Assembly (NCBI GenBank): GCA_037447605.1
Contig: CM074804.1
Coordinates: forward strand, 1,674,001 to 1,738,000
Direction: 5' to 3'
DNA: 64,000 bases
From: Zygnema circumcarinatum SAG 698-1b
Lineage: Eukaryota > Plantae > Zygnematophyceae
Positions 50,801-64,000 of this stretch are shown here, piece after piece; within the stretch, counting starts at the first letter, position 1; the number at the start of each line of letters is the position of its first letter. The position numbers and the translations under genes were made by a program. A model generated the notes under the pieces. That model ran no database searches, was not told where the DNA came from, and saw only the letters and a list, made by a program, of their open reading frames with translations.

Positions 50801-53800
50801 GCCTTGTTGATGGAGATTCCCTTCTGCGGATCGTCTTCTTCCTCGTCATACCCTTCTACTGAACCGTCACCCTGAACTGAGGGATTCCACTTCCTTTTCC
50901 TCGCTCTAATCGCACGCTCTGCTGCCTTGGCTGTGCGTAAAGCGATTCTCTCTTGTCGTTCCTGCCGGACACAAAGAAAAACCGACAAGCAGATAGATAT
51001 TCAAGTCAGAGACCTCCATTAATATGAACATGCACGAAGAAAACTTTTCATACGGAGTAAATATGCCCCCTCTCACCTGCATAGATTTATATTTCAGAGG
51101 AACAACTTAAGGGCAATAGAAACAAGGGCGAAAGGTAGGTGGTGTACCTCTTCCAGCGACTGTTTCAACTGCACCTCCTGACTCTGATCCATTATTTTCC
51201 TCAGCTTCTTCTTGTTCGACCTGTCATGCTCACAAGGTCTTGCTCCTAGCATTAGAACAGATATCCGGCCACCATCTAGTTTCAGAACATGCACAAGCCA
51301 TGGAGTGGAGATCAAAGAATCCTCGAAAGCCAACTAATTTCCAGTATAGGACAACATGTAAGTCGTGCATTCGTTGTCCGAGGTCAGCATATCAGTCAAA
51401 ATCACACATACATGTCTAGCCAGGACGACATAGAGGGTAAGGTGCTCACTTGTGAGAGACGTTCTCTTCATTCTCATCTTGCTCTAACAAAGTTTTCCGC
51501 TCCTCTGCCATCCTGTAGCTCATTTGAAGCGTAGACAACGTATCTGTACTGCATAGGTAGCATTTCCAAAGTGGCTTCTCTGCTATTGCCAGCTCCTTCA
51601 AGCCAAAGTTTCTCTTCATGCATTGTACACAAAAAACGAAATTGCAAGGCTTTTCCGAGTTATCACAAAGAACGAGAGTTTTGCTTTGGGCACACCATCG
51701 ACATTCTTCTTCAACTCCGGCCACATCCTGAATAAACAGTCCAGAAAAGAGGAGGGAAAGTTTTAAGTCATGGATCAGCTTGAAGGTAGCAGGGGGTAAA
51801 CTCGCCTAGACTATTGAAATATAATAGACACACAAGGAATGACAAGGAACAATATAAAAGTTTCCATTAAAGTATTAATTGTCCTCCGAGGCTGTACCTT
51901 TGTGAATTCATTGGCTGCATATCGGGCCAAACACATAGGACAGATCGATACACCAAGTAGAGGATGTTTTCTGATATCTGCAAGCTTTTGCGATTCTCCA
52001 CAAGCTGTGCATAAAAACTTCTCCTGTCCAAGTCCCAATACAAGCACAGGCACCTTACAAGAATAAGTTGGATTCGTGACACAATTTGCAGCAGACATAA
52101 GCGCCAATGCAATGCTTGTTGGTTTAATCCAAACTTAAGTCATTACAACGTGAATGCAAATAGCCATCCAGCAGACACAGACATCAAAACTTATGACTAG
52201 CTCAATCTGATAGGTATTGCTTCTGATGCATGCAACGCTTTATCTGAGTCTTGGAAACGTGAAATGAGAGACTTCGCACAAAATGCAAAAGTAAAATGAA
52301 ACAGGAAAGCATAAGGAGCAATGTTACCTCTTCCAAAGCCCGCTTTGGATGTAACTTCTCACTAGGCGTCTTGTCGGACAGCGATTTCCTCGCCCTCCTC
52401 CTCTGCCTGCCAGATTCACAAAAACGGATAACACAAATACTTACAAATGTACACCGCCCAAAACTACACATCTATCTAGCTGAAATAAGACTGTGATGAA
52501 CTATGTAATCATATTTTTGAATGGGTTGAAAAACCGAAATCAAAAAAATATGTCGGACACTCCTACTTAGGCCTTGAAAACACTCAAACAGAAGTTGTAA
52601 TCCAGCTTAATGGTGTGAACTCACGGGCCGGTTAGCTTCCTTGACTCCCCATTCCACTCCACAAGTTTTTTCTGCACTTCTTCTGCCTCTTTGTAGCGTG
52701 ATCGAAGGGAGCTTATTGCAGCCGGATTGCAGACAAAGCACTGCCAATGATCTTCAAAAATGTCTTTCAATGCTTCCTTTCCGAAATTCCGAATAACACA
52801 TTCTTCACAGAAAACTTTACTGCAGGTCTTCTCAAAAGTATCACATATGATGACACTCCCACCCAGCGCGCACCATCTGCAGTCATCTTCGACTCCAAAC
52901 TCATCCTGCAACAGACACGAAGCGTAACATTATACAATTGCCAGCCTTTGAGGAGGCCAGACAGAGTATTGGTCCAGACAAGAAATTGGAAATCGTAGTT
53001 ACCTATTAAACTTAAATCTAGGTTCTTTACATCAAGAACTGGCAATTTTCTCTACATTGACTTCTCTCCAACTTTTGTTTGATTTTCATGACCAAATCGA
53101 TTAGAGAATGTAGAGTTCCCGCTGAGTCTCACCTTCTTGAACTGGTCCTTGTTATATCGATTCACGCACGAGCGACAGACCAGCACTTCAAGCAAAGGAT
53201 GCTTGTGAATATGTAGAGCTGACAGAAATTTTCCGCACGCAGTACACATGAAGTCCTCGGCTTTAGGTGCTTCCAGCCCCTCTTGGGGCCGCCCAGGTCC
53301 AGCGTCATGTGTGCAGTCCTGGCTGCTACTGCAAGTTTGCTTTGATACGTCATGATCTGGTGAGGCAATTGACCGAAAAAGGATCTCTGTTGTAGGATCC
53401 ATGTCAACCTCTTTTTCACCATCACTATTCAACTCAACTACCTTCTGTGCAGCTGCATTTGCTGCAAACTTTGGAGTCTGATCTCTTTGTATAATCCGTC
53501 TAGATCTACGCAAACTTTGTTGGCTATCATCAGAAAAGATGGCAAGTTCACGACCTGACGGGTTTTCCGGGGTGCACTCTTCACTGTTCTTCTTACTTTC
53601 TTGATATTTTGCTGCCCGTAGATATTCGTTTGCAAGCTCTTCCTTTTCTATACATCCTCGACAGTTTCCTCCCATCTTCTCTATGGAGACTCGCAGTAGT
53701 GAAACAGGAGTGTTCATCAGAACAGAGAAAAAATCATCAGGAATATCCATGGACTGCCCTGTCGACTGAGGACTGGATGGAGTGGGTCTCAAATTCTCTC

Positions 53801-56800
53801 CGTCGATCATAACTTCCTTATTCACTCGCTCCTGAAGGAGAACGTCAATCTGACCTTCTTCCTTTTCAAGAATTCCAATGTTTCCTCTCTCAAGGGTCTC
53901 CTCATTTTCCTCGCGCTTGATTTCTGGTTCGGGCATATCCTGCCGGTTAACATTCTCATCTTTCCGATTGGAATTAGTCAACTTGACTTCCTCGAAATTC
54001 TGGTCTTCTTTTCTCATAACATCCTGGATATTACTACACGGGTTATCAGATCGACAGATATCAGCCAAATTCTTGACTTCCTCCGCATCTTTTTTTTGTC
54101 CTCTGTCTTCTAGATCGCCCAACTGCATTGGTAACTCAAGGGAATCTACCTTCATGGTGAGGGTTTGGCCGACTACCTTTGCAGATTCCTCTGCTACTTC
54201 AATCATCTCAGTTCTTAGAACACCCTCTGAAATATCTTCAGAGTGAAGGGTGACAAAAGTTTCTTGTGCTGCAGAAGCTAGTGCTATGGTTTTATGAATC
54301 GCTTTATCTCTCGGTTCAGATTTTTTTGCATGGGCCCGTAGGAATTCATCAACAAGGTCTGGCTTCTCTATGCATCCTTTCAAGTTCCCTCCCATTTTCA
54401 AGATTGAGCTCCGCAGCATTGGGACAGAAGACTTCATTAGCACAGAGTGAATGTCTTCGGGGAGCTTCATAGCCGGCACTTCCTGTTCTAAAACCGATAA
54501 CATTGGTCTCAGTTCCTCTTCCCCAGTCCTGATGCTCTGCTTTTCCAAATTTTCTTCAGAGTGAGCTTTGCTATTCTTGGCCTTGTCAATTGTTATCTGC
54601 TCAGAAAGCTCCTCTGCCTCCATGGTCAAAGTTTCGTCCTTTCCTCCCTCGTTCACCGTTGGTCCAATCATGGAACACTGATGACTGGAAGGCTCCTGTA
54701 TACTAGGAGAAATCTCAGTCGCAGGCGTTTTCCCAGAGGCTTTCGACTTAATCATCTCGTGAGAAGAGGAAATTTGAGAGGAATTGCTAGATGTATCACC
54801 AGACTGGCCAATGTCATCGTGATTTTTGAATCCCTTTACATCCCCCGCTTCTCCCTCCATGTTAGCACACTGCCCTGGTACAGAAGGTTTGCAGGAATCT
54901 CTTTCCGTTGCTGGCATTTGAACAGCTTCCTTAAAGCAATCGTAGTTTTCCTTTCCTGCACTGCTATTTGAAAAAACCTTAGAAAATTCTGCAGGACAGG
55001 CACTCATATCCAATGGCGCTGCAGGTGGAATTGCAGATCTTCTCACGTTTAGTGGCAGATTGTCTTCAATATCCGAGTCAATGATGATAAGATCAGCTAC
55101 GAACGTGCCGCATGGCCCTCCTTGTTTCTCCTCCAGTTCCTGTAGACGCTCCTCCCGTTGCCTCTCCTCTGCATTCTCTGAAAGCCACTCTTGTTCTTTC
55201 TCTTCCTTATGAAAAGGCACCTCCCTTAACTTTCCTCCCACTTGCTTTTCCTCGTCCGTATGTAAAGGCTCCTCTACTCGAATTTCCCTTCCGTTTTGTA
55301 AACGCTCATTTTCGACATTTCCGCTCAATTCAATCGTGCTCCCGTGGATGGCCATTTCTGCTTCTGCAGAAAGTGGAGCATTTGCGTTTGCCTCCACAGC
55401 ATTCGGCACTACATGATGGCCTAAGCCCCTTTGACTCGTATTTTCTGGATAATGGTCATCCAGACCTTGTCTCAGAGCCCCGTCAACAAGCGCATCATGG
55501 TGTTCAACTTCCTGTTGAACGTCAAATGAGGGCGTCAAAACTCGGCCATGAAGATCAGGATTCTGCTCCAAACCTTGAGCCTTGGTCACAAAAGTCGTGA
55601 GTACCTGCATGCAAAAAACTTAAAATCTTAAAAAAGATAGGCAACCCCCACTTGCGATCGTAATAAACAGTACGAACTCCGCACTGAATCCGAGATATCA
55701 AAGCACAAGGTATCACTTCGCCTTCAATCAGCCTGAAACTTTGATGGATTTCATCTGATTTCATTTCATTTTTTATTGATTGCCTTCACTATGCATTATC
55801 AAACTCCTGTCTCCCGTAGCAATGCACCACTTTAAGGGCCTCGAAGATACAGATTTGTGATACAAGATTCAGCGCCAAAACGAGCAACTTCACCTTTTTC
55901 CTCGATGATGGTCGCACTTGAGTCCCTTCCATAGATCCAAGGGCTTGCGATGCTGGCTCGCAGTTCATGCGTTTTCTCTTCTGCTGCCTTCTTACCTTCT
56001 TCTCTTCCATTGCTCGATCTTGGTTCTCGCCCACCTTTTCAACAGTAAAATGGAATCAAAGCATTATACAACGAAAGTCCAGAAACCAATGAACGAAGTG
56101 GTAATAGGGAGTAAGGGAGGATGTGCAAGAACAGAGGGAGCTCAACAATGCCCTACATACAAATCACGACAGAGGCTAAGGATCGGGAATTCCAAACGCA
56201 GGGTGCAGCAACGAGAGGGAAGGTAACTGCGGCGAAAGGAAATCGAGGGAGGAAGGTTTAGAACGTGAAGAATAGAAGGTGAAGAACACAGCGAGAGTCC
56301 TCAATGCGTTACGCGAGGTAGCAAATGAGAATCACTTTTCATCTCTCAACAACATGAAACTCACCTTCTGAACATTGCTCCGCCGTTTTCGTTTTTTTTC
56401 CAGTTCCCTTTCCTTCTTGACAGCCCGTTTATATTGCCAAGGCTGTATGTTTTTGGGGCACAAGGCTGTGTCCAAGTCTTCGAGTTCATCAATTTCCTGT
56501 AAACATGATCAGGTATTAATTTCAGCACAATTCCGCCATAGGAATTTAGCCTCAGGCTGTTTACATCAGATCTGTTTTATCGTCATAAGACGGAGATGCC
56601 ATGAAACCAAAAATGGGTTTGCTATGTGGCATGTCACCTCTGCAGCTACGCAACCATGTTTTTAATTACCTTCAACTTACCAGACACTTCTTCCGTTTCT
56701 TGCCAGTGTGTGGCTGATCAGTTTCAGAAAGATCAGAGTCATCATCGGATTCAGAGTCAGAATCTGCAGCATTTTCATCCAACTTCCTGCACGAGCTCCG

Positions 56801-59388
56801 GAATGTTGAGTGAATACACAATATTTGGGAAGACGCTGCCAGAGACAAAATTATTGTCGCAAACAGGAAACATGCGTCAAGTTAATCATCTACTCAGCCC
56901 ATCCTCAGAAGTTGTTGTTTCGGCTCTAGCCTTATCTACAATTGGGCTCCTAGCACGAACAACAAAGTAAGGGACACAAAATTAGAAACACCTGTCAGAA
57001 GCTATCCGAGTCGGTCGACAATGAGTCATTTCGAGCTCTGCTTCAAGTTTCCAATCCGCAGTTCCAGTAGGACAGCCTGCCCAATGCGCACGGGTTTTCC
57101 ATGTTTCTGTTTGACAAGTTGCAGCAATCTGCGACTCCATCGTCTTATATACTTGGGCGAGATCGATCCCTTCGCTGTCAAGCTTCTCCTGCGACAGAAT
57201 CACAAAGAAAATGAGGAACTTGCCAAGACGATGACTTTACAACTGGTTTCAAGAGGACGACAGAAAAAGAAAAAACTCTGCTTGAGGCGCTCGCTTCGCT
57301 CGTCAGTTCCACGCTCACGATCGTTGAAAACAATTTCATTTCCAACCACGAACACCACACACCGCACGTAGCCTTAAGAATCTGGTCAAAATCTAGTCAT
57401 CGTTAACAAAAGATTAATACTCATTATCTATCAAAGAGTTTTGAAAGATGACAAGCGTAGATTGATATTGGCTACACATTGAACACAAGCAGAGTACTCA
57501 TGAGCACGTTAGGACGGATAAAAGAACATGTACGAAAGCAGGTGGCAAAGTTCACGACAAGATTTTTGTCTCAATGACTTTATTAATGAAAGTAAATAGG
57601 AAAGCCTAAGATGCTGATGGCGTGAACAAAAAGAATCACCAAGAACAATGCAACTTTACAAGCTCTTCGCACAGTCAAATCAACCACAATGGGGCTTCAG
57701 CCTCACTTTCACATGTAGTCAGGGGTTAAGTCTATACCAAAAGACTGCAGATCTTCCGTTGAAGAAAATCGTGTCTTCTTCGCCAGTTCTCCACGAGTGT
57801 CTCCATTTCCATTTCAACTTTCACATCCAGCTGCAGGTTGAGCATAAAGCTTTCACAAACTCAGAAGACATGCTGATTTATGTGAACTCTACACTGGATT
57901 CACTCCAATAAAAATGCACGAGTTACACCTGAAGGAAGAATCCCCTGAAAACATTGAAGTTGACTTGAAGTTTGAAGTTAAAATTGACCGAAATATACTC
58001 AGACTAACTGAGGCTGTGCTTGTGTTCATACCGCTCTTTTGCTGACGCTTGCGGAGAGTTCTTCCGTAACTTCCTTTCTAACTGTTTCTAAAGTCTCCTC
58101 TTCCAGTGCCTCTTCAGCCTCTGCTGCCTGAGACAAGTAAAAAGCCAAAGGAGGAAGTCAATCTTGTCAATGTTTCAGTGCCCTCCAAAGTCCAAACATC
58201 TAACAATGATTCACAGATACAGGCACCACTTGAAAGCATCCCACCCTATACTGTAGCTTGCTGCTACTTGATTTACAAAGATCAAATGGAGCAGCTCAAT
58301 GGAAAGTCCTTCAACAACTGAAAATGGAAAGTTCTCTGGTAGAGCAACCAGGTTCACCTTCAGGACAGCCTTAGTGGTCTTCGGTTTTGTGAACTAAATA
58401 CTGAAGACTTTTAATGAGTTACATTGAAACATGCATTCTTACTCACATCTCCTTCCAAGAAGCCCAAAGCGTCCAAAAGTAAACCTATCTCGTCATCGGT
58501 AAGCGTCTCTTCTTTCTCCAAAATGTTTTGAATGACTACGTTGTTTTCTAGATCCTGAATCCAAGACATAAAAGTTGCAAGTTAGATGTTCCGATCAATG
58601 TTTTCTAGAAAGTAGCCGGCTTTTAACAGCAGAAGTAAAAGAGACCTTGAATACTGACGAGATAGTGTGTCCCCCACAAAGTGTAAGAAAATAGATGCTG
58701 TGCAATCCTTAAGTAGTGAACGTTTCAGCAATATCATACCATTGAACATGGAACAAACTAAGAGTCATGGAAAGAGAACAGCATCTACCTCGTCACTTTC
58801 GATGTCGATGTCGTCACCAACATCATCGCTATCACTTGAACTGTTTGTTTCTTCATCCTGACTGCGAATGTTAGCACTGCTGCTTGGCTGCTGTTGCAAA
58901 CCCAGCACTGTTGCAGTTTCCGACCCAGGATTGGCAATTGCAGATTGTTGTCTGTCAGGCCCAGGACAAAGTGAATCTGTTCCAGTCCTCTCGAAGACGT
59001 CAGTATCTTCCGCCCCCAGTTTCGCTGTGGCATTACATTCTGTCGGTTCGATTCGCTTTTTTATCTCATTTTGCGTCGAAAATGACTCCATATTCTCCTC
59101 ATTGTTCTCGACTCGCATGCTTCCTTCCATGATATCCTCCATATTCAGCTCTTTAAAGTATATAGGAAACTTGCTGGACTCGTACCATCAGCATACGCAT
59201 TGATCATTGACTGAGGTCTTGCTTAAATATGCAACAGCTCTGCCTGCGAAAACGTCGACACTTCGCAATTCAAAACAAATAACCTGACAGGAACAACACC
59301 ATACAAAGATATCTTGTTATTCATGTCCAAGAACTTTGCTATCGGGCCATGCATATTGACCTCTTTCGCACTTGCGAAACTCGTCCAT
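44801..59388 (-). CDS. ATRX: ATRX/CHR20-like SNF2 chromatin remodeller with two ADD domains (many exons; both termini approximate)
   Basis: The plant-ATRX N-terminal motifs [11 protein letters not shown]...EELS and [11 protein letters not shown]...[11 protein letters not shown] are present, followed by two ADD zinc fingers. SNF2 motifs include [72 protein letters not shown] and [13 protein letters not shown] putative start ATG at 59388 splices in frame into the exon at ~59151. Confidence 0.93.
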
Positions 59389-61377
59389 GGACGTGTCTGT
59401 AATCATTGAAAGCTTGTAAGACGCTTATAATATCTCGGCCTAACGTATGTCCACTTTTTCGGTAATGAACATATTGAACATGCACTTACACTTTCAGCTC
59501 AGTACAAAGCTTTGGTCCGATGTTGCCGTACATAAGAAAAGGGCGAAAGTCAAGTTGCAAACTTCTGAAGCTTGAGACAACTTTCGCGACGGAGTATCCT
59601 TTGTTTTCCAAACTAAAGGCTCCTGGAATCACGACACAAGACGACCAAAGGAAGGATTGCCAGTAGCTCGAAGTATTTGCTCAACTATCCTAAACAGCAC
59701 TAGTACTGACAGGCGGTGTCTTGCGTTACTCCATTTCATCATGAAATTCGCAAATTTTACTGTATTGTGCGTTTATCTTCGTCAGTAAGCCATAACATAG
59801 CTATCCAGTCAGGTGACTGATAGCATACTTTGCCAGCGGGAACAAGCATCTATGCAGAACCTACGTAGTGAGACCTAACTATTAAAATCTGCTTTAAAAG
59901 GAGCAAATTACTACTCCGCTATCAAATTTCGAATACATAAGAGTGTTTTTCAAATAAAAAACATTCTTATAACGTCCAACTGTCACTAGTTTCGGGGAGC
60001 ATTTCAGGGATCGTGAGCATCACTGTGTAAGCGTTGGTTTGAGTTTTGCCTTCTTTATATCGGCTCCCTGGCACAGAAAATTCCTTCCCTTTCGTACTTA
60101 CTTACAACGTGGTTGAAGGGTCTGACAGGGCATTTCAAGTGCTTACACGAAAGGAAGAAAAAGGTGAAGGATGGAGCTGCTTGCATTGTGACTATCGTAA
60201 TAAAGAAACTACCCGAAAAACAGGCCAGGTTCTAGAGAAATACCAGTCAGCAGCTGGAATCGACACGTTAAGCCCCTTATTGAAGGAATTCGCGTCGAAT
60301 TTCAGCTCCCATCGATATAAAGTGCTTTTAAAGCAGGCATCAGTCAGAGTGTAGTGATAATCTCCATAGTGGGCAAAGCACGACGAATGCACAAATGCAA
60401 GCATTCCTGTCACCTGCTTTTTTTCGTAGCCATGGAGGGAGTTGTCACAGACAAAAAACTTTCTTTAATCAAGTCCAAATTCTCTCCAGATAGGCTCCAA
60501 CCACCCTTTCAAGAGTCCAGAGCAGGGCTACCGGTACGGCTCACAGAATTTTGACCAGTTTTGTAATTTTTTTTGTCGCGAACTCCGAGTTTTTTTGGTG
60601 CCCCACTTTTTTGCCCGTCAATTTCTGTTTGCGCACCAAACCATTTGAATATTCAAATTTCGACGTGAGAGCTTTTTGACGCGCGGGCTTTTGTGGGAGC
60701 CCAAAAATTTTAGGGTTCCGCCGGTTTTCCGAATTGAAAAAAAGAAAAATTGGATTTTGCAACTCGAAGGTACTTAAGCGATCGCACATACCGCACATAT
60801 CGACATGAGCCTTCAATATACCTCGTTACTCCCTATATTATTTCGATACGATGTGTGGCCGCGAGGGAAATCCATCAGCTCCAGTTACGTAACGTCGGCA
60901 TTTCCATGGTTTCAAGCAGCCGTACGAATGTACGGCTCCAGGCGTATGAATTTCCAAATTTGAAGCGCGCAGGTTCCCGCGTTCTGCCTCCCTCCCTCGG
61001 CCTCGACACCTCGGGCCGTTCCTGCGACCGAGAAAGAAAGCAAGCAAGCAGCCTCTCGCGTCCTGCGGGGAGGGAGAGAGAGAGGGAGGGAGGGGCCTTG
61101 GCGAGAGCCTGAAACCTCAGTAGCAGCATCAAAGGGAGCCGTCCAACTACAAATTTGACCAATTCAATTTTTTTACCACTCAAAATTCTGCTTTTTTCTC
61201 AAAGCAGGCGCATTGAAGCTGCTATAGTAGTGCTCCAGCTCCGCCAACGAGGCCTACAGTAAGCGAGCAGTCTGCAAAAGTCCCCTTACATCGTTCTTGC
61301 AGTTGTTCTTAATTTTTAGCTTTTTCCTTCTTTTGCAGAAGCTAACACCCGTGTGCGTCTTGGATAATTCGCAGGAG

Positions 61378-63438
61378 ATGGAGTCCGTTCCACGAGCTAC
61401 TGGCTGCTTCAAATGCGGCTTAACTGGCCACTGGTCGCGAGACTGTACCTCTCAGAAGACTCCCTCCCTCTCAACTCCTGAAGACCTTAAGCGTTCCAGC
61501 CGTCCATTTGACAAATTTTCATCTACTCATACAACACAATCCAAAAGTCCACAGCTTACAAAGTCTTCGCCTGCAGAACCGCCTCCGAAAGAGAGTCTGC
61601 GAAGAAAGAGGCCAAAGCTGACACCGGAGTTGCTGCTATCAGAGAATGGATTGGAGTTTATCCAGAAGACGTTCCCAAAAAGTGTGATGATCAAAGGGAA
61701 GGGGCACGAGGTATTGATATATTTGCTACTGGGGGGAACTGGAGAGGGAGAGAAGGAGGAGCAGGGAGAGGTTCGATTTCGTAGTATGAGCAATGCTTGA
61801 GCTGTTGAATAATTTCTTGCAGTTTTTGCTGTCTCAATAATGCATGTTTGCATGACCTTTTTTTCTTAGAATGTTTTTGTTCTTTGGTGTGTTCATGGAT
61901 TTGTCAACACCAGCTCGGAGACCTTCGGAGGCTTCTGGAGGCATACATGCATTGGCACACCCGTCTGTTTCCTTTGTTGACTTTCCCGGAATTTATTCAA
62001 AGAGTGGAGATTGTTGGAGCAAACAGGCGTGTCAGGGTGAGCTTAAAAAAAGCGACATGCTAAGTGTGGAAATACATCAAGGGTACCTGCTAAGACATGA
62101 TGCAATGAAAACTCTCAACCCTCACTGGATCCCTGCTCTAAGGGTGGTTCTCTATTGAAATTCCCTATTAAGTAAGCCAATCACGGTTTGCCACGTTTGC
62201 ATGTTTTTTGACGAGACTGGCTGTTATTGGTCCAGTCTAGCGACAGTACGCTCAATAGATTCCCACCCTAATTGCCACTGCCTTCGCTTCTAGTCAACGC
62301 ACACCCCATCGTCAATAGTGCGGCAATGTGGTCTGTATTGAGAGGCAGAAATCTTCCTGTATCCTAATGACCAATGAAACAAACTTAGATTGGACAGATT
62401 TGTGAATAGCCGCTTCTCTCAAAGTAGCAAATGTGAATATCAGCAGCAACTTTTGGAATTTACATGTTCATGTCTACTGCTGATAGCTGACTGTGAGAAG
62501 AAAGAAACAAAAGCTTGTTCTGTCAACAAGAGGTCGACAACTTTAACTTTCTAGTCATTGGAAACCTGCCATTGACATCCATATTCTGTGTCTTGTGCAG
62601 GATGCAGTGAGAGGCTTGCGCGACAACGTTGATACAAGAAACAATGATGCAAATGCTCCGATTCTTGATGAAAACGCTCTCTTGAATCGTCCAGATGGTG
62701 AGACTCGAGCACCCCTAACAACCATAACCGCTTAGAGATCAACAAACATCTGTCATCATCATCGTGACTTGAATGGTTTGAGCATAAACAATCTCCATGG
62801 CACTATTTTCCGCCTCGTAATGATGGTCAGGAGCTTTGTGCAGATGCATTGGCATGCCATTAGCTGGTTTAGAAGTCACGAATGGAGTAGATAAATGGTT
62901 TAAGGCGACTAACTGGTGGGGCCTTCTTCGGCAGGTTGCGAAACGGCGGAGGTTCATGAAAAGGCAGGAAAGTCTTACAGTGTTCATTATGATGATGACG
63001 ATGGTCGTGATTTCTCCGATCATGGACTGAATGATGTCTCGAATGATCTTTTGGAAGAGACCATCCGTCAGTCGACTGATGAGGTGATTTTATTACAGTC
63101 CTCCCCTATTTATCCATTGCTTAGTTACTTTAACAAAGCTGAGGGCTCGCCTGTGCAATTCTGTGAATGTTTGTAAGCGAGTTGCTGAATAGACTCATCC
63201 ATAGTTTTATAGTTTTAAAAAAGGTTATGTATGTCATTGCTCTATGCAGGGCTCTCATTCAGGAACTGCCCAAACAGCTGGCAATTCTGGGAAGGTCCGT
63301 TCATCATCAACGGCAGAAGAAAAGGTTTTGACCACGGAACAATTGGAACGCATGGAAGCAAACAGGAAGTTGGCATTGGAACGAGCAAGAAATCGAATTT
63401 CAGCTTCCAAAACATTAGGCGATCAATGTGGTCACTGA
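61378..63438 (+). CDS. TIPIN: TIPIN/Swi3/Csm3 replication-fork protection protein with an N-terminal CCHC zinc knuckle
   Basis: GCFKCGLTGHWSRDC knuckle; RPKLTPELLLSENGL...GKGHE|LGDLRRLLEAYMHWHTRLFP (Swi3 domain); C-terminal TEQLERMEANRKLALERA. Exons are 61378-61710, 61914-62036, 62601-62697, 62934-63083 and 63250-63438. Confidence 0.9.
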
Positions 63439-64000
63439 TGCGGTCGAACTTTCTGTGCCAAAAACGCTCGACCTTCCATAAACTTAAATGTGACATCACA
63501 ATGTTGACGCTTTAATTCAAACTGCAACTGATTCATGGAGCCGAAAAGTGAAAGACTACCTTCCTCGATGAGAGGGAGCGAAAACGAGAGGGTGTTGGGC
63601 GTCGGGAAAGGAACCATTGAGATGGAATGGATAGCAGGTATGCAGGAAAAAGTAAGTACATCAATTTGTGAATTAAGTAAGCAGTTTTTTCAGTATAAGT
63701 TAAGCTGGAGGCCCAGTGCTGGTGGAAGCTGAAAGGTCGTCCACCAGTTGGGCGATGATCTGAGTGGGGGGAGGGGGGGGCTCATCCAGCCCCAGTTCAG
63801 TGATGCAGCTCCGGATATGGAAAATGGTGTTACTCCGACGCTGAAAGCGCTCTGTATACTCCTGAGGAAGTGATGAAAACCCCAAAACGTAGGATTAAGG
63901 GATGATGTCGTAAATATATGTAATGTTATGTTTGGTGATGTCACGTGAATGGAATGTCATGTTATGGTGTTGAAATGCCAGGAAATAGATCAATCTTTGA

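Noticed and set aside
57178-57371. Apparent ATRX exon with a GCAAGT donor
   Set aside because: The implied intron would be only ~35 nt. The exon ending near 57735 already splices in frame to EKLDSEG, so this segment is intronic.
63500-64000. Short ORFs after TIPIN
   Set aside because: No recognisable product or consistent exon structure; probably 3' UTR or intergenic, or a gene cut by the window end.

Overview
Eukaryotic, intron-rich, gene-dense nuclear DNA from a streptophyte. The plant-type gene set, very CT/GA-rich introns and telo-box-like motifs suggest a charophyte alga or early-diverging plant, but this lineage call is an inference. I can assemble 11 spliced protein-coding genes: an unknown protein (+), an At1g51550-like F-box/kelch protein (-), a YqgF/RuvX nuclease (+), an At5g16520-like membrane protein (-), plastid PFK5 (-), SRAP/HMCES (+), an At4g13200-like plastid protein (-), SGT1 (+), ABA4 (-), ATRX/CHR20 (-) and TIPIN/Swi3 (+). 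Four of these form head-to-head pairs. Non-coding structure includes a 947-bp long-TIR element with an 8-bp TSD, a 491-bp Tc1/pogo-type MITE, a 42/43-bp palindromic minisatellite framed by inverted repeats, an array of CTCTCA-N5-TGAGAG hairpins, an exact 202-bp duplication of the first YqgF exon, and a 1.76-kb gap-flanked duplication that is probably an assembly artefact. The most notable observation is an ATRX with two complete tandem ADD histone-reader domains plus two SAP-like repeats. There is also a candidate U12 intron in ABA4. All family assignments come from recalled motif similarity, not database searches; exon boundaries were placed by hand from GT/AG sites and reading-frame continuity.
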